DNA of 64,000 bases from Phaeosaccion multiseriatum. Taxonomy: Eukaryota > Protista > Ochrophyta, other classes. Below are positions 24,586 to 41,539 of the stretch, one piece after another. The notes under the pieces are model-generated. The model saw only the letters and a program-made list of their open reading frames with translations. It was not told where the DNA came from and ran no database searches. The stretch's first letter is position 1. The number at the start of each line of letters is the position of its first letter. The stretch is from contig OZ218950.1 of the NCBI GenBank assembly GCA_965112735.1, forward strand, positions 1,860,001 to 1,924,000, given 5' to 3'. The translations under genes were made by a program, and so were the position numbers.

Positions 24586-27500
24586 GAGGAGCAGGAGGAG
24601 GAGCAGGAGCAGGAGAAGCAGGAGGAGCAGGAGGAGCAGGAGGAAGAGGACTATGAGGATAGTCACTACGGTGACAGCGAGAGCTTCTATGCTCTTGCGG
24701 TCGAAGGTGGTCACGATGAGATGTACGAAGAGCGAGAGGGTTCTGACGCAAGCAGCCAAGAAGGAGGGCAAGAAGACAGGCTAGAGGAGAGTATAGGTGC
24801 TGCAGAGACGGAGGCCGAGGAGGAGCACGAGGAGGAAGGAGAGGTAGCGACCGAGGACGAGGGGGAGGAAGGGAGGGGCGATTGCCTTGGCATTGTCGAT
24901 GGTGATGACGATGATGATGACGATGACGTGACGTGCCTTGGCCATGTGCCCTCGAGCGTTACACGGCAGCCCCTATCCTCGCTGGCAGACATGGGAAGAG
25001 GCGAACACAGGAGTCGACACAGGAGGGAGGAGGGAGACAGGGAAGGAGATCAGACTATGGCTGCTGCTACTGTTGCTGCTACTGCTAATGCTGCTACTGC
25101 TGCTACTGCTGCTTCTGCTGCTGAGACTGAGGAAGCGCTGACCCTTCTGTGCCCCGTCTGTTTGACGTCCTTGGGAAAGCTTGCAATGGAGGAAAGGTGT
25201 AAGCACGTGAACGATTGCGCCGACCAGCAGGAGAGCGGCACAGCGCCAACCACAGTACGAAGTGGAGGATGTGCACGTGTGGGCAAGGAGGAAGGAGGAT
25301 CTTCAGAAGAACGGTCGGTGGAGCAGTCTCTGACACCGGAGGGGTGTTGCGTCTGTGGGCAGGACCTGTCGGGCTTGAGGGAGAGGGCCAAGGAATGGCA
25401 CATCAACGCCTGCCTAGATAGTCAGCAAGCTGCCTTCCGGGCAGAGGAGGTGGAGGCAGAAGCAGCGGTGGAAAGAGGCGGAGGAGGAGCAGGAGGAGCA
25501 GGAGCAGGAGGTGCATCGGAGGGGGGGAAGGGCCGCCGAAGAAAGAGATGTATTGGCGAGGCTGCAGACGTGAGAGCGGAAGAGTCTGGTGTGGCTACTA
25601 CTGCTCAGTTGCCTCGAAATGATGAGTTATTGAGTGAGAACTACGAGTGCCTATTCTGCCACGTGGCCCTCACTGGGAAGCCCTGGAAGCAGCGAGTGGG
25701 ACACGTTAAGAAGTGCAGGAAGAAGTCTGAAGCCGCTGCTGCAGCCGCTGCTGCTGCTGCCTCCGGCGCTCCAACCACACCTCCAGGCCGAACAGAGGGG
25801 AAGGAGAGGGGCGTGGAGGTGGTGGTGGTAGACATTGACAGCGCAGAGGAAGGGGGGGGAGGTGCAGGGCAAGCAGTGGCAGCTGCTCCGAAGGCGCTGA
25901 GTATTAATGACGTGTTGATGGGCCCAGCGAGGAAACGGAGTCGAGGAGGTGAGGCTGCGAAAGAGCTCGAGCAGAAGAAGCAGGCGAAGGGCAGCACCAG
26001 CACCAGCACCAGCACCAGCATTAGTACTGCATTGGAGAAGGGGGGCAAAGCTCTATCTACTGCGACCCCGACTTGTTGGCCAATAGCGATGAAGGGCAAG
26101 GGCAAAGCGGCCGTGGCAGGGGTGGCAGGAGACCGGAGCAACATCAAGAACAATACCAAGAAGAAGAAGATGAGTGCGGGCGACTACTTCGGCTGGGGCG
26201 CTTCCAACTCGCCCTGCCCGGCCTTCAAGAAGGTCCCCGGTGCGATGATGCCCATCATTGTGGACGGTAAGTGCATGGCAGTGGATGGCAGTGGATGGCA
26301 GTGCATGGTGAGGAGCCTTGGGGTGACAGACAGGCAAGAATGAGGTTTCTCACCCACTGCTACTAATTCTCTTTTCACTCTCCCTCCCTCGCTCTCTTTC
26401 TCTCCTTCTCTCTTCTTTCCCCCTTATCTGCATGCTCTATCTTGTCTTTCTACCTCTGTTTGTGTGGCTCTCTCTCCCGGCCTCTCTTCCTCTCTCTCTC
26501 GCGCTCCACCCCTCCTACCCCCTGTTGCATTCATTCCGCTTACTGCTGCATTCATTCCGCTTACTGCTGCATTCATTCATTCATTCATTCATTCCGCTTA
26601 CTGCCGCATTCCTTCCGCTTACTGCTGCATTCCGCATTCAAAGGCTTCCGATGGGCGAAGCCCAGCTTGTCCCGAGTGTACTTCCTCACGCACTTCCACG
26701 GCGACCATTACTGCGGGCTGGGAAAGCGCTTTGGCTGTGGCTTAATCTACGGGAGCATTCCGACCCTCAAGCTGGTGAAGCGCAAGCTAGGTGTGAAAGC
26801 CAAGTTCCTGCGGCCTCTGAAGATGAATACGCCGCACCAAATACCGCTCCGTTGGGCTCCAGGAGCGGGGTGGGGGAAAGGGGCGAGGGCAAGAGGGAGA
26901 GGGTGGAAAGCACGGCAGCGGCCGCCGCTGAAGAAGAAAAGGAAGTACCACCACCAGCAGCAGCAGCAGCAGCAGCAGGAGGAGGAGGAGGAGAAGAAGG
27001 TAGAGGAGGAAAGCGTGACGGGTCCCGTCACGCTTTTGGACGCCAACCACTGCCCAGGTTCTGTTCTGTTTTTGTTCGAGATGCCCGACGGAAAGACCCA
27101 TTTACACGTGGGAGACTTTCGTTGGGCGCAGGAGGAGGTGCTGCGAATGAACCCGGAGCTCCTCAAGTTTGATCAGCGGGTGCACAGTGGGCCTCCTGTA
27201 GCAGCAGCAGCAAGCCTCCGCAGCAGCAACACCACCGCCAAGACGGGCAGTAAGAGCCGTGGTGATGAGGAGGATAGGGAGGAGAGTAGGAACAGCAGCA
27301 GCAGCAGCAGTGGCGAGGGTGGGGGGGCGGGTGATAGTGGTCGGGTGGAGAGTGAGAAAGGGGATGGTAGAAGGGGCGTGGAAGGCGGGGATAGATGTGG
27401 GGAAGAAGAGACGAACGACGACGGGGCGAGAGGAGGAGGAAGAGGTGGTGGTGGTGGTGGTGGTGGTGGTGGTGGCGGAGGAGGAGGAGGAGGAGGAGGA

Positions 27501-29065
27501 GGAGGAGGAGGAGGAGGAGGAGGAGGAGGAGGAGGAGGAGGAGGAGGAGGTGGTGGAGGAGGAGGAGGAGAAGGAGGAGGAGGAGGAGGAGGAGGAGGAG
27601 GAGGAGGAGGAGGAGGAGGAGGAGGAAGAGGAGAAGGAGAAGGAGGAGGAGAAGAGCGAAAGGATGGTGGTGGCGGGGCGCTCATCAACAAGTTGCCTCC
27701 CGCTGTCGCTGCAGAGGCGGAAGTGTACCGACAGGGAGCCGTCAAACAAGCGGAGCAGAAGCTGCAGCTACAACGGATGAAGGAGGAGCGTGATCGGGAG
27801 AGCGATAGACAGGAGCGAGGCGAACCATCGAATCGAATCGACACGCTGTTCCTGGACACCACTTACTGCCGCCCGCAGTACACCTTCCCGTCTCAAAAGG
27901 ACACGATCGATGCGGTGACGGCCGTGGCTCGGGAGCACTTGAACGAGAGCGAAGGCTTCTTGAGCGAGAGCGAAGGCTTCGACACGCTGCTCCTCTTCGG
28001 CTCTTACTCCCTGGGCAAGGAGAGGCTCTACATGGAGGTGGCGAGGTACGTGCGTGCGTGGGTGCGTGGGGTGGGGAATGTGTGGGTGAGGGAGTTTCAC
28101 CACAAAGGAATGTCGTGGTGTTCGACTTTCGACGCTCTCTCTCCTCCCCCCCTCTCCCTCTCTCTCTCTCTCTCTCCCCCTCTCTCTCTCTCCCTCGCTC
28201 TCTCTCTCTCTCTCACACTCCCTCTCTCTTTCTCTCTCTCTCGCTCCCTCTTTCCTTCCCCTTCTGCCCAGACGCCTTGGGAAGAAGGTATGCGTGAGCG
28301 AGGGGCGCAAGGCCATGTTGGACTGCCTGGACTGGGACGATGAAACCAAGAACATCCTCACACTGGATGAAGCTGCCACTCCCATTTGGGTGGTGCCTAT
28401 TAACCACATCACTATGGATACCCTGCCTAACTACTTCGAGAAGAGAGTGCCGCGGGTGATGGAGTTTAGGCATGTGGTCGGGTTCCGCCCCACGGGCTGG
28501 ACCTACAAACAGGTATGGTGTGGTTGTACAAAGAGCTGTAACGTTCAGTAAGTCTGAGTTTGAGTTTGAGTTTGAGTTTATTAGACGGTCGTCTCGTTGT
28601 TGTGGTTTTGTACCCAAACACACACCGAACAAGAGCTTCATATTGAATACCGAGTATCGAGTATGCTTCTGCAACGTTCTAACTAACTCAAGCCGCTCGC
28701 CACAGGTCAAGGCAGGCGGGGTCACACGGACTGTGGAGGAGACTCGGAGGAGACGGAGCAGGTGAGGGAGGGGAAGGAGGAAAGGAGGAAGGGACAGAAG
28801 GCGCGGGGAGGAGGAGGTGGTGGAGCAGGAGCAGGAGGAAGAGGGGGGGGGCAGGGGGACCACACGCCCTTCCTCGATTCCTTTGGGCCAAGAGTATCGA
28901 TTGATTGCGCCGTCCCTTGCTCCTTGCTCAACGGGCCTGTCCTGTCATCAAAGTCCCCCTCTCTCTCAGCCCCTCATCACCAGCCAACCTTCATATCGTC
29001 GATCGCCTCTTTCCCCCTCTACCTACTTGTGCATGCACCTTTCACCTTTCACCACACGCACACAC

Positions 29066-29146
<81 letters not shown>

Positions 29147-29510
29147 CAGCCAAGCTGCGAGCGGTGGAGGAGCGGGAGGGGGAGGGGCGACTATGGTGCA
29201 GCAAGCCGCCAACGCCCTTTGTAAAGAGCAGCAAGAGCAGGAGCAAGAGAACAAGCGACATCTTCTGAGTAAAAAGACGGAATCGAGTGGAAAGCGGCAG
29301 CAGCAGCGCCTGACCACTTACGGTGTGCCTTACTCCGAGCACTCCAACTTCCAGGAGCTAAGAGACTGTGTGCGCTTCTTCAATGCCAAGCGCATCGTTC
29401 CGACGGTGTCCTGTGAAACGGCCGAGCAGGTGGAAGGGCAGATCAAGCTGCTCACGGAACCCGACAAGGTGGTGAATGATCTACTTAAGTGTGGCTTTAA
29501 AATTAACTAA
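23965..29510 (+). CDS. SNM1: SNM1/PSO2 (DCLRE1A-like) DNA cross-link repair nuclease (metallo-beta-lactamase/beta-CASP) with N-terminal UBZ-like Zn fingers
   Basis: Motifs: IVDG/FRW, FLTHFHGDHY, LLDANHCPGS, LHVGDFR, LFLDTTY, GSYSLGKE, GFRPTGW, YGVPYSEHSNFQEL and IVPTV. Three CxxC..HxxxC fingers lie at 25150-25720. Introns at ~26267-26643, 28046-28271, 28513-28705 and 28761-29149. There is an in-frame TAG at 24517, so the true start could be 24721. Confidence 0.93.
26527..26637. repeat. Intronic tandem repeat (GCATTCATTCCGCTTACTGCT)n
   Basis: About four copies plus (CATT)n. Confidence 0.85.
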
Positions 29511-30087
29511 ACGGGTAGGGTAGGGGCTGCTGAAGAATGGGAGGAGGAGGGACCGTGAGGAGGGGGGGCTGAAGGGTCATGAGGGGGGTACGTTTGTACC
29601 ACTTACTCTACGGTAAACGATGTGTATATATGTATCCCGAGAGGTGAGGGAGGAGGGGTAGGAGGGGTGAGGGGGGAGCCTTTCGAGTCGCAACGGAGGG
29701 GCTGCTGAACAAGGGGACGCAAGAGGGGCGAGCCTTTTGTCGAGTAGCGAGATGGACCCGCTGCTCCATACCCAGCGAGCTGAGTCAGTCACGTTGCCCC
29801 CCAAAAGGTGGTTAGAACCAGATGTTCAACACAAATGTTCAATTTTCCCAGTTATTTTTTCTGATTTTGGACAAAAAATGACTCGCGTGGCGATGTCGAT
29901 GATGATCGGGAGAGGAAAGGAAAGTTGGAATGATGATCTCCCCCACCCCTTATAAAAAGAGGCATAGAAGAGAGAGTATGCTAAGACGAATGTGGAACGA
30001 AGGAAGATGATGAAGCACTGGAGTTGACCGTGCGGGGCGGGCTGACAAGTACCGCCAGTCATTGGAGCAGGGAGAGGAGAAGGAGAG

Positions 30088-30748
30088 ATGGAGCAGCCGC
30101 AGCACCAGCCGCAGCACCCGCCGCAGTACCGACTTGCCATGGATGCGGCCGGGGCCTTGCCGCAGCCTCTCCTCCAAGGCGTGGTCCACCACCCTCACCA
30201 GGAGTGCCAGCAACCACAGCAGCCGCCACAGCAGCCGCCGCAGGTGCCGGACGAGCAGCAGCAACAGCCTCCTCCAGGGCAGGCGTTTGGTCCGAATGCG
30301 CCACCGCCACAGCCGCCGCCGCCGCCGCCGGCGCAGGCGCAGCTCCAGCAGCAGCAGCAGCTCCAGCACCGGCAGGGTCTAGCGCTGAGCGTCATGCCGT
30401 TGGGTACTGGAGACGAGGCGGGGCACGAGTCCCAACAGCAGCAGCAAACGGGGGAGAGGGGTGGCACCCCCACCAGCGGCGGCGGACTAGTGGCTGTGCC
30501 AGAGGAGATTCGTAGCACCAGAAGCAATAGCAATGGCTCCACCGGCCTTCCGCAGCCCATGCTGGGGGGTGTTGGTCTGTATGGAGGAGGAGGGGGAGGA
30601 GGCGGGGAGGGGGCGCCCAAGGTGGTGGACAGTGGGGCCTACACCGCTGCTCACGGGTTTCACGCCCCGGTCATGGCGGCCTACTTTAATCCACAGCAGC
30701 AGGCCGCGTTTAACCCTGCGGCCCTTCCGCTTCAGCTGCAGCAAGTGT

Positions 30749-30787
<39 letters not shown>

Positions 30788-30842
30788 TTGCGCAGCAGCA
30801 GCCCCAGCAGTACCACGCCTTTGCGGGCGCAGACCCCCGCCA

Positions 30843-30875
<33 letters not shown>

Positions 30876-31286
30876 TCCCACTTGGATTCATCCGGGCATA
30901 GCGGGTTACCCTTACGCCGGCATGATGCAGAGCCAACAGATGCAAATGGCGGTGGCAGCGGCAGCAGCTCAGCAGCAGCAAGCTCAGGCCCTAGCCGCTC
31001 GTGTGGCTTCGCAGCACCATGCGGTGGTCGGTTGGGGCGGAAGCAGCACCAGTAGTAGTAGTAGTAGCGGAGTACAAGGCGCCCACGGCAAGGAGGAGCA
31101 GCCGCCTACGACAGCGCTAGCGGTGGGGGCCGTAGCAGCACCAGAAGGGGCAAGCGAAAGCGCGGTCAGTGAGGCCAGCGCAGAGAATCCGTCCAATTTA
31201 GAGAGCCCTGCCCCCCCCGAGCTGCTGAGCGCAGTAGCGCCGAGTCCGCTGGCTTCCCCACCAGCGCCAGCAGCAGCGGCGGCACC

Positions 31287-31323
<37 letters not shown>

Positions 31324-31607
31324 AAGCAGCGAGGCACGTTCCCCAAGTCGACGTGGTCCTCGGACGGTGGAAACGTCCACACCAGCAGCGGCAGCAACAG
31401 CAGCGGCGCGGCCATTCGGCAACCTGCTCTTCCTGTCTCTGCCCCAGTAGCAGCTGCAGTGGCCGCGAGCGCCCTTACGTCATCCATTCCATCTTCCATG
31501 GCGTCGCCGCCACCAGCAGCCTCTTCGCCACCGCCAGTCTCATCACTGCCAGCGCCGACGCCTCAACCGCAGCAGGCCCAGCCGCCGCCGCACCATCATC
31601 ACCATGC

Positions 31608-31645
<38 letters not shown>

Positions 31646-33824
31646 TCCATCACCACCACCATCACCAGCAGCAGCAGCCGCACCAGCCGATTCACGCCCC
31701 GATGATGATGGGCGTGCTTCCTTACATGGTTCCTCCTGGGCAGCAGCCGCAGCAGCAGCACCACCACCACCACCCGCATCATCCCCACGCCGGCATGGCC
31801 GGAGTACCAACCCCCGCTCACCATCACCTCGGCGGGCCTCCGGGCACTGCTGCCGCCGCTGCTGCGGCTGTGGTGGCGGCGGCGGCTGCTGCAGCTGCTG
31901 CTGGCTCGCACCCACCGCCACACTTGGGCGCGTCTGGCATGCCGCCGCAGCTCATGGCGCAGCACGCCCTCATGATGGATCAGGAGAGGTGAGTGGTTCA
32001 TCTTGGGCTGACTGAGAGAGGAAGAGAGAGAGAGAGGGGGACGAGGAAGATGAGTCGTGTGTGTATTTTTATCGTCATTCGTTCCCCTGCGACGTGAGTA
32101 TATCATGTGGCCACAATCTATAGTTTTTTTAATCCGTCGTGCCCCTCCTCAGGTTCAACTCCCGCATGGCTATTGAGGAACACGTGCGCACGCAGCAGAA
32201 GAAGGTGCAGAAGCGAGCGGCCAACCGCATCTCCGCCCAGCTCTCCCGCAAGCGCAAGAAGGCTTTCATTGAGGACCTGTCTATGCAAAACATGGTGCTC
32301 TGTCGGCACAATGAGATTCTGGAGGCTGTGCCGGACCCCATCTTCGCCTTTCTTGTCAAGGACGGAAGCATTTGGTTCGCCTCCAACAGCGCGCAATTGG
32401 TGAGTGGTGGACATGTGTGTCAGCTTTTCACTTGTTGTGGTTGGAGGGTTATTATGCATGCCTTCCTTCTTACACCACACCATCCTCTCCCGGGATTTCT
32501 CTCCTGACGCCGCAACTCTCTTCCCTCTCAGGTGTTGGGTGTGGATGGCGAAGAGCTGACGAAGCAGAGCATCTACAAGTTCATCTCCGCCGATTGCGCC
32601 AAACGCCTTCAGGCTCTCGTGCTCGACGCCTCCAAGCAAGGCACGCGCACGGCGGGGGGGGAGGCGGAGGGCATTGATTTGGCAGAACCCCTCACTGTCC
32701 GGTTCCGCAAAAAGGGCACCAGTAACCGGCGCGGCGGAGTGCTGCGAGGAACGGTGAGCCGCATTGACGAGGACGACCCCGCGCTGACGTGCGTTTGTTC
32801 CATTCGAGCAATAGAGGACGACGCAGCAGCGGGGGCGGGCGATGGAGACAGCGACGACAGCGAGTGCTCCGAGAGCCAGTCGGCCACCGGCTCTTCCTCC
32901 TCCGATTGCGGGGGCAGCACCACTGGAAGCTGCGGCGGAAGCACCACGGGAAGCAATAGCAGCGGAAGCAAGAGCCGCAGCGGGAGCGGGAGCGGGAGCG
33001 GGAGTGGTAGCGGAGGAGAGGGCAGCAGCAGCAGCGGCAGCGGCGGCGTGCACTGCGAGCGAAAGGCCCGCAAGAAGAGCACGACTTTCGCCACGGACAC
33101 CCCCCCACCCCCTCCTGACGACTGCCGACAGGACGGTGGAGAGGGAGATGAGGGGGCCAGCAACAGCAGCAACGGCAACGACAGCGGTGGGAGCAACCGC
33201 GGGTCTCCGCTTCAACAGGACGAGAAGTACGCCTTCATCACCGACTCGGCTGAGCGCGCACGATTCAACACCTACATGCTGTCGGGCAACACCACCACGA
33301 GTACCACCAGCGCCAGCACCACCAGCGGCAGCTGCAGCAGCGGTAGCGGCAGCGGGGAGGAGAGTGAGCAGCCGTCGGATCGGAGTAAGAAGGAGGGCGG
33401 TTCCAAAAGGAGGAAGCGCAGCACCAAGTCCTCGGCAGCAAGTGCACAAGGCGCCGCGGTCTCACCGTCCAGCTCCTCCGCTGCGGAGGAGGATAAGAAA
33501 GCAACGACGGCGGCAACAACAGCAACAGCACCACCACCACCACAAACAACAACAGCAACAGCAACAACAACAGCAGCAGTGCTTCCCCTTTCGCCTTCGT
33601 CGGGTGCCCTGCCCGTCCCGCACATGCTGCACCACAAGCTGCACAAGGCCCAGCGGCATCGGCAGCAGCAGCTGGAGGAGAGGGGGACGTCGAGTGAGGG
33701 CGCCAAGCACGGTCAGGAAGCAGTAGCAGCCGACCAAGTGCTATCTTCACCACAGCCAGTAGTAGCCACGTCCGGAGCTGAACAGCAGCAGAGTCCGATG
33801 CAGGAGCAGCAACAGGACCAATAG
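30088..33824 (+). CDS. bZIP-PAS transcription factor with a long Q/P/H-rich N-terminus; exons 30088-31988, 32153-32399, 32532-33824
   Basis: The basic region KRAANRISAQLSRKRKKAFIEDL is followed directly by a PAS fold (ILEAVPDPIFAF..DGSIWFASNS..LGVDGEELTKQSIYKFI..CVCSIR). The GT-AG introns keep the frame. There is no LOV GRNCRFLQ motif. Confidence 0.85.
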
Positions 33825-34257
33825 AAGGGCCGGGCTTTGGTCCCGAAACAAGTTTTCTCTCATTTCCGATGGGAGTATTGGATGGAAGGAATGACGAATG
33901 CCCGCCGCGTATTGCGCACCTCGTTTTACCCGAGAAGGCGTGCAATTTCTTTGGAGAGCGATGCAAATATTGTTCCATAAATTAAAAAGCGACTCAAAGA
34001 AATACAGAGTTTGCGATTGAAAAGGAAAGAAAGGAAAACGGAAATCGGCCCCAGCCCAATATGCCAACAAAATTTGAAGAACAGTTCAATGGCCCTTCTG
34101 GGCCGCTCGAGCCCCACAATCGTTGTCTCTAGAGAGAGAGGGCCGACCCATGAGACCTGGCAGCCCTAACAGCAGCAGCAGCCGCATCAGTAGCTCCAGT
34201 AGCAGCAGACGGAGAAGACTCGTGGGCAGGTCGGCCAATATCACCTCAGTGGTGACC

Positions 34258-36538
34258 ATGGCCAGTGCTTTGAGCCAACTCTGTGTGCGCAGTAGTACCG
34301 CCTTTGTGGCCACCACTGGGGCCGCAAGCAGCTTAGCGCGGAAGAGAGGAGCGGTTGGACTGACTGCGACGCTGGAGTCGAGGCGTCGGAGCGTCTGCGG
34401 CACACGTGGCATGAGCAGCAGCAGCAGCAAGCAGCAGCGGCAGCACCAGCACCAGCACCAGAGCCACCTCGCGACGAGGCTGCTTAGAAGATGCCAATCC
34501 ACCCCCTTCCACTCCTCCTCCCTTCTGTTATCGTCGCTCACAGAGTCGGACTCTGATGCGGCTTCCGCCGACTCCATCGCACCGCAAGAGGCGGTGGAAG
34601 AGGATGGGGAGGACGGCAACGAGTCCGACGACTTTTCGTACACGCCGCCCTACGTCGTGGACGAGTCCTCCCTAGAGGATCCCGCCGCGGAAGCGCTCTT
34701 CTTCGGCGAGCGTACACCCTACGCCGAGCTGGGCCTGAGCCCCCCACTCGTGGAAGCGCTGGACCAGTTGGGGCTCTCCTCGTCCACAGCCATCCAGGCC
34801 TTGGCCATCCCCACCGTGCTCGCCGGCAAGGACGTGGTCATCGGCGCAGAGACGGGTAGCGGTAAAACGCTGGCCTATCTGCTGCCCGTGCTCCAGGATC
34901 TGATGGACAAGCCGACCTCTGCTGACCCTCCCGATGAGCTGTTGGGCCGCTGCCCGACGTGGACCATGTTTCCCGAGGTCATCATCCTCGCACCCAATAG
35001 GGAGCTCTGTGAGCAGGTGCGTGGTGATGAAGCGGAAAAAAGGGAAGAGCAGTGGCGAGTAAATGGGTAGATGGCTCTGATCATGGAATCTAACCAAAAC
35101 GAAAGCCGCTCCGCGGCGCCGCCGCCATGCAGGCCTTGAGTGAGTCACTCCGCGACCCCCCCCTCCTCCCAAGGGAGACACCCCTCACCTGCTCTTCCCT
35201 TCCCCTCTGCTTCCCTTCTCTTCTCTTCTCTTCCCTTCCCCTCCCCTCCCCTCCCCTCCCCTCCCCTCCCCTCCCCTCCCTTCCCTTCGGCTCTCCTTCC
35301 CATGCCTCCCTCCTTTCCGTCCCATCCCCTCCCATCCCTCCCCTCCTCTCCCCTCCCCTCCCCTCCCCTCCACTCTTCCCTTCCCGTCCCTCCCCTCCTC
35401 TCCCCTCCCCTCCTCCCTTCCCCACCCCCCTCCTCCTCCCCTCCCCTCCCCTCCCCTCCCTTCCCTGCCGCTCTCCTCCCCTGCCCCTCCCCTCCCCCTC
35501 CCCCCTCCCTCCTCCCCCCCTTCTTCCCTGTACCACCAACAGGTGCACAGGGTTGTCCAACAGATACTTCGCATGTCCGGCGAATCTGCCAAGGAAGACG
35601 GCATCACCGCTGACGTCATTTGCGGAACCGCCACAGGGTACCCCTATGGACCAGCCCGCCCCGCCCCAAAGATGCTCGTATGTACCCCTGTCTTCCTCGC
35701 GGGGTACGGAGGGGCGCGCTTCGTGCCGCTCTTTTGCAAGGCACGCACGTTGGTAATGGACGAAGCCGATATGCTTCTGGATGGCGGTTACCTCAGGCAG
35801 GTGGAGGATATTTTGCTGGGCTTCAAGCGAGCCCATCGACAGGAGGGGGTGGACAAGGCGCAAATGGTCATGGCGGCGGCTACGCTGCCCAGCTACGGCC
35901 TCAAGAGTGTGGAGCAGTACATTTTGCAGCAATTCCCGGACGTGAAGCAAGTGGTGGCAAGCAAAATGCACAAACATCACCCGGGTATTGCCCAAGAGTT
36001 TATGAGAGTCGATGACGACACATCGGGCAAGATTGAGGCGCTGGTGGAGGTGTTGCAAGAGGAGGAGAATGTAGGCAAGAGAACCATGGTCTTCACCAAC
36101 ACGGCTGCTTCGTGCAAGACCACCACGCAGGCCTTGGTCCAAGCGGGTCTTGACGTGGTGCCCTACCACAAGGACATTGCTCCTTTCCAGCGCGGAGAGA
36201 ATTTGGACAGCTTCCGAACGGGCAGGGTGAATGTGCTCGTTTGCACAGACCTTGCCGCGCGCGGGTTGGACATTTCCGGGGTACAGCACATTGTGCAGAT
36301 GGACTTTGCGCTTAATGTAGTGCAACACCTGCATCGCTTGGGTCGAGCGGCGCGGGCGGGAAGGGCAGGGAGGGCCACCACCTTCTACGACAGTAAAGGG
36401 CTGGACCTTGTGCGCTCGATTCGAAAGGCTATGGAAGTGGACTCGAAGCTCGATGACTCGTTTAGCCGCAAGAGGGGCTTCCGCAAGAAGTTAAAGAGGT
36501 ATGGAGAGTCGCGCCAGGCCCCGGAGAACCGATTCTGA
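34258..36538 (+). CDS. DEAD-box RNA helicase, probably organellar (RH22-like); intron 35017-35542
   Basis: Q motif IQALAIP, AETGSGKT, APNREL, DEAD, AAT, LVCTDLAARGLD and HRLGRAARAG. The S/R-rich N-terminus looks like a transit peptide. Alternative ATG at 34150. Confidence 0.92.
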
Positions 36539-36731
36539 AACGTATTGTTATTTGGTTAGATGTCATATTATGGGGAGAGGAGCGGAGCGAGGAGTGGAGT
36601 GGACAGTGAAGAGACAGGAGGACATGGATGTTCCTGTCTACACACCCCCCAATCACATAATACCAAACGAACATGTCGAGGTCGAGATCGTTAGTCCCTG
36701 TGAAACTCGAAGCTCGAACGCTTCCCATACG

Positions 36732-36764
<33 letters not shown>

Positions 36765-37048
36765 GGTGAACGAAAAAAGTCTAACTGTCTATTTATTATA
36801 TATATCACATGACAACGTAAGCTCACACATACGGTGTACACTGATGCCCCAGCGGAGCACCATTAATCCCATCGTTCCGGCCTGCGCTTCTCAGCACACG
36901 GCAGAATGAATTGGATATGACTTCACCCTTTAAAAAAATACAACGTAGTCACTATCGTAACGGGCTACAGTATCGAATCGAAAAAGACAGACATTGGATG
37001 TCTATGGATGGATATGAATCATCTGAAAGATGCCTTGCTGCGTTGCTG

Positions 37049-41317
<4,269 letters not shown>

Positions 41318-41539
41318 GCTCTCGCTGTGTAAGAGGGCCTCAAGGACAATTGGACTCCCGTCGATCTTGTCCTCCTCCACGCACGCGTTCGAATCCGGCC
41401 TCGAAAATCGGAGAAAAATAGAGTTTTGTTGGAACGCCCCCTTGGGACGTCCTTGATTGCGTACGTTTACGCCCCCAGAGCCTTACACGCGAGCAGGAGT
41501 AAGAGCAACACCGTAGACAGCCAGCTTCGCATAGCAATC

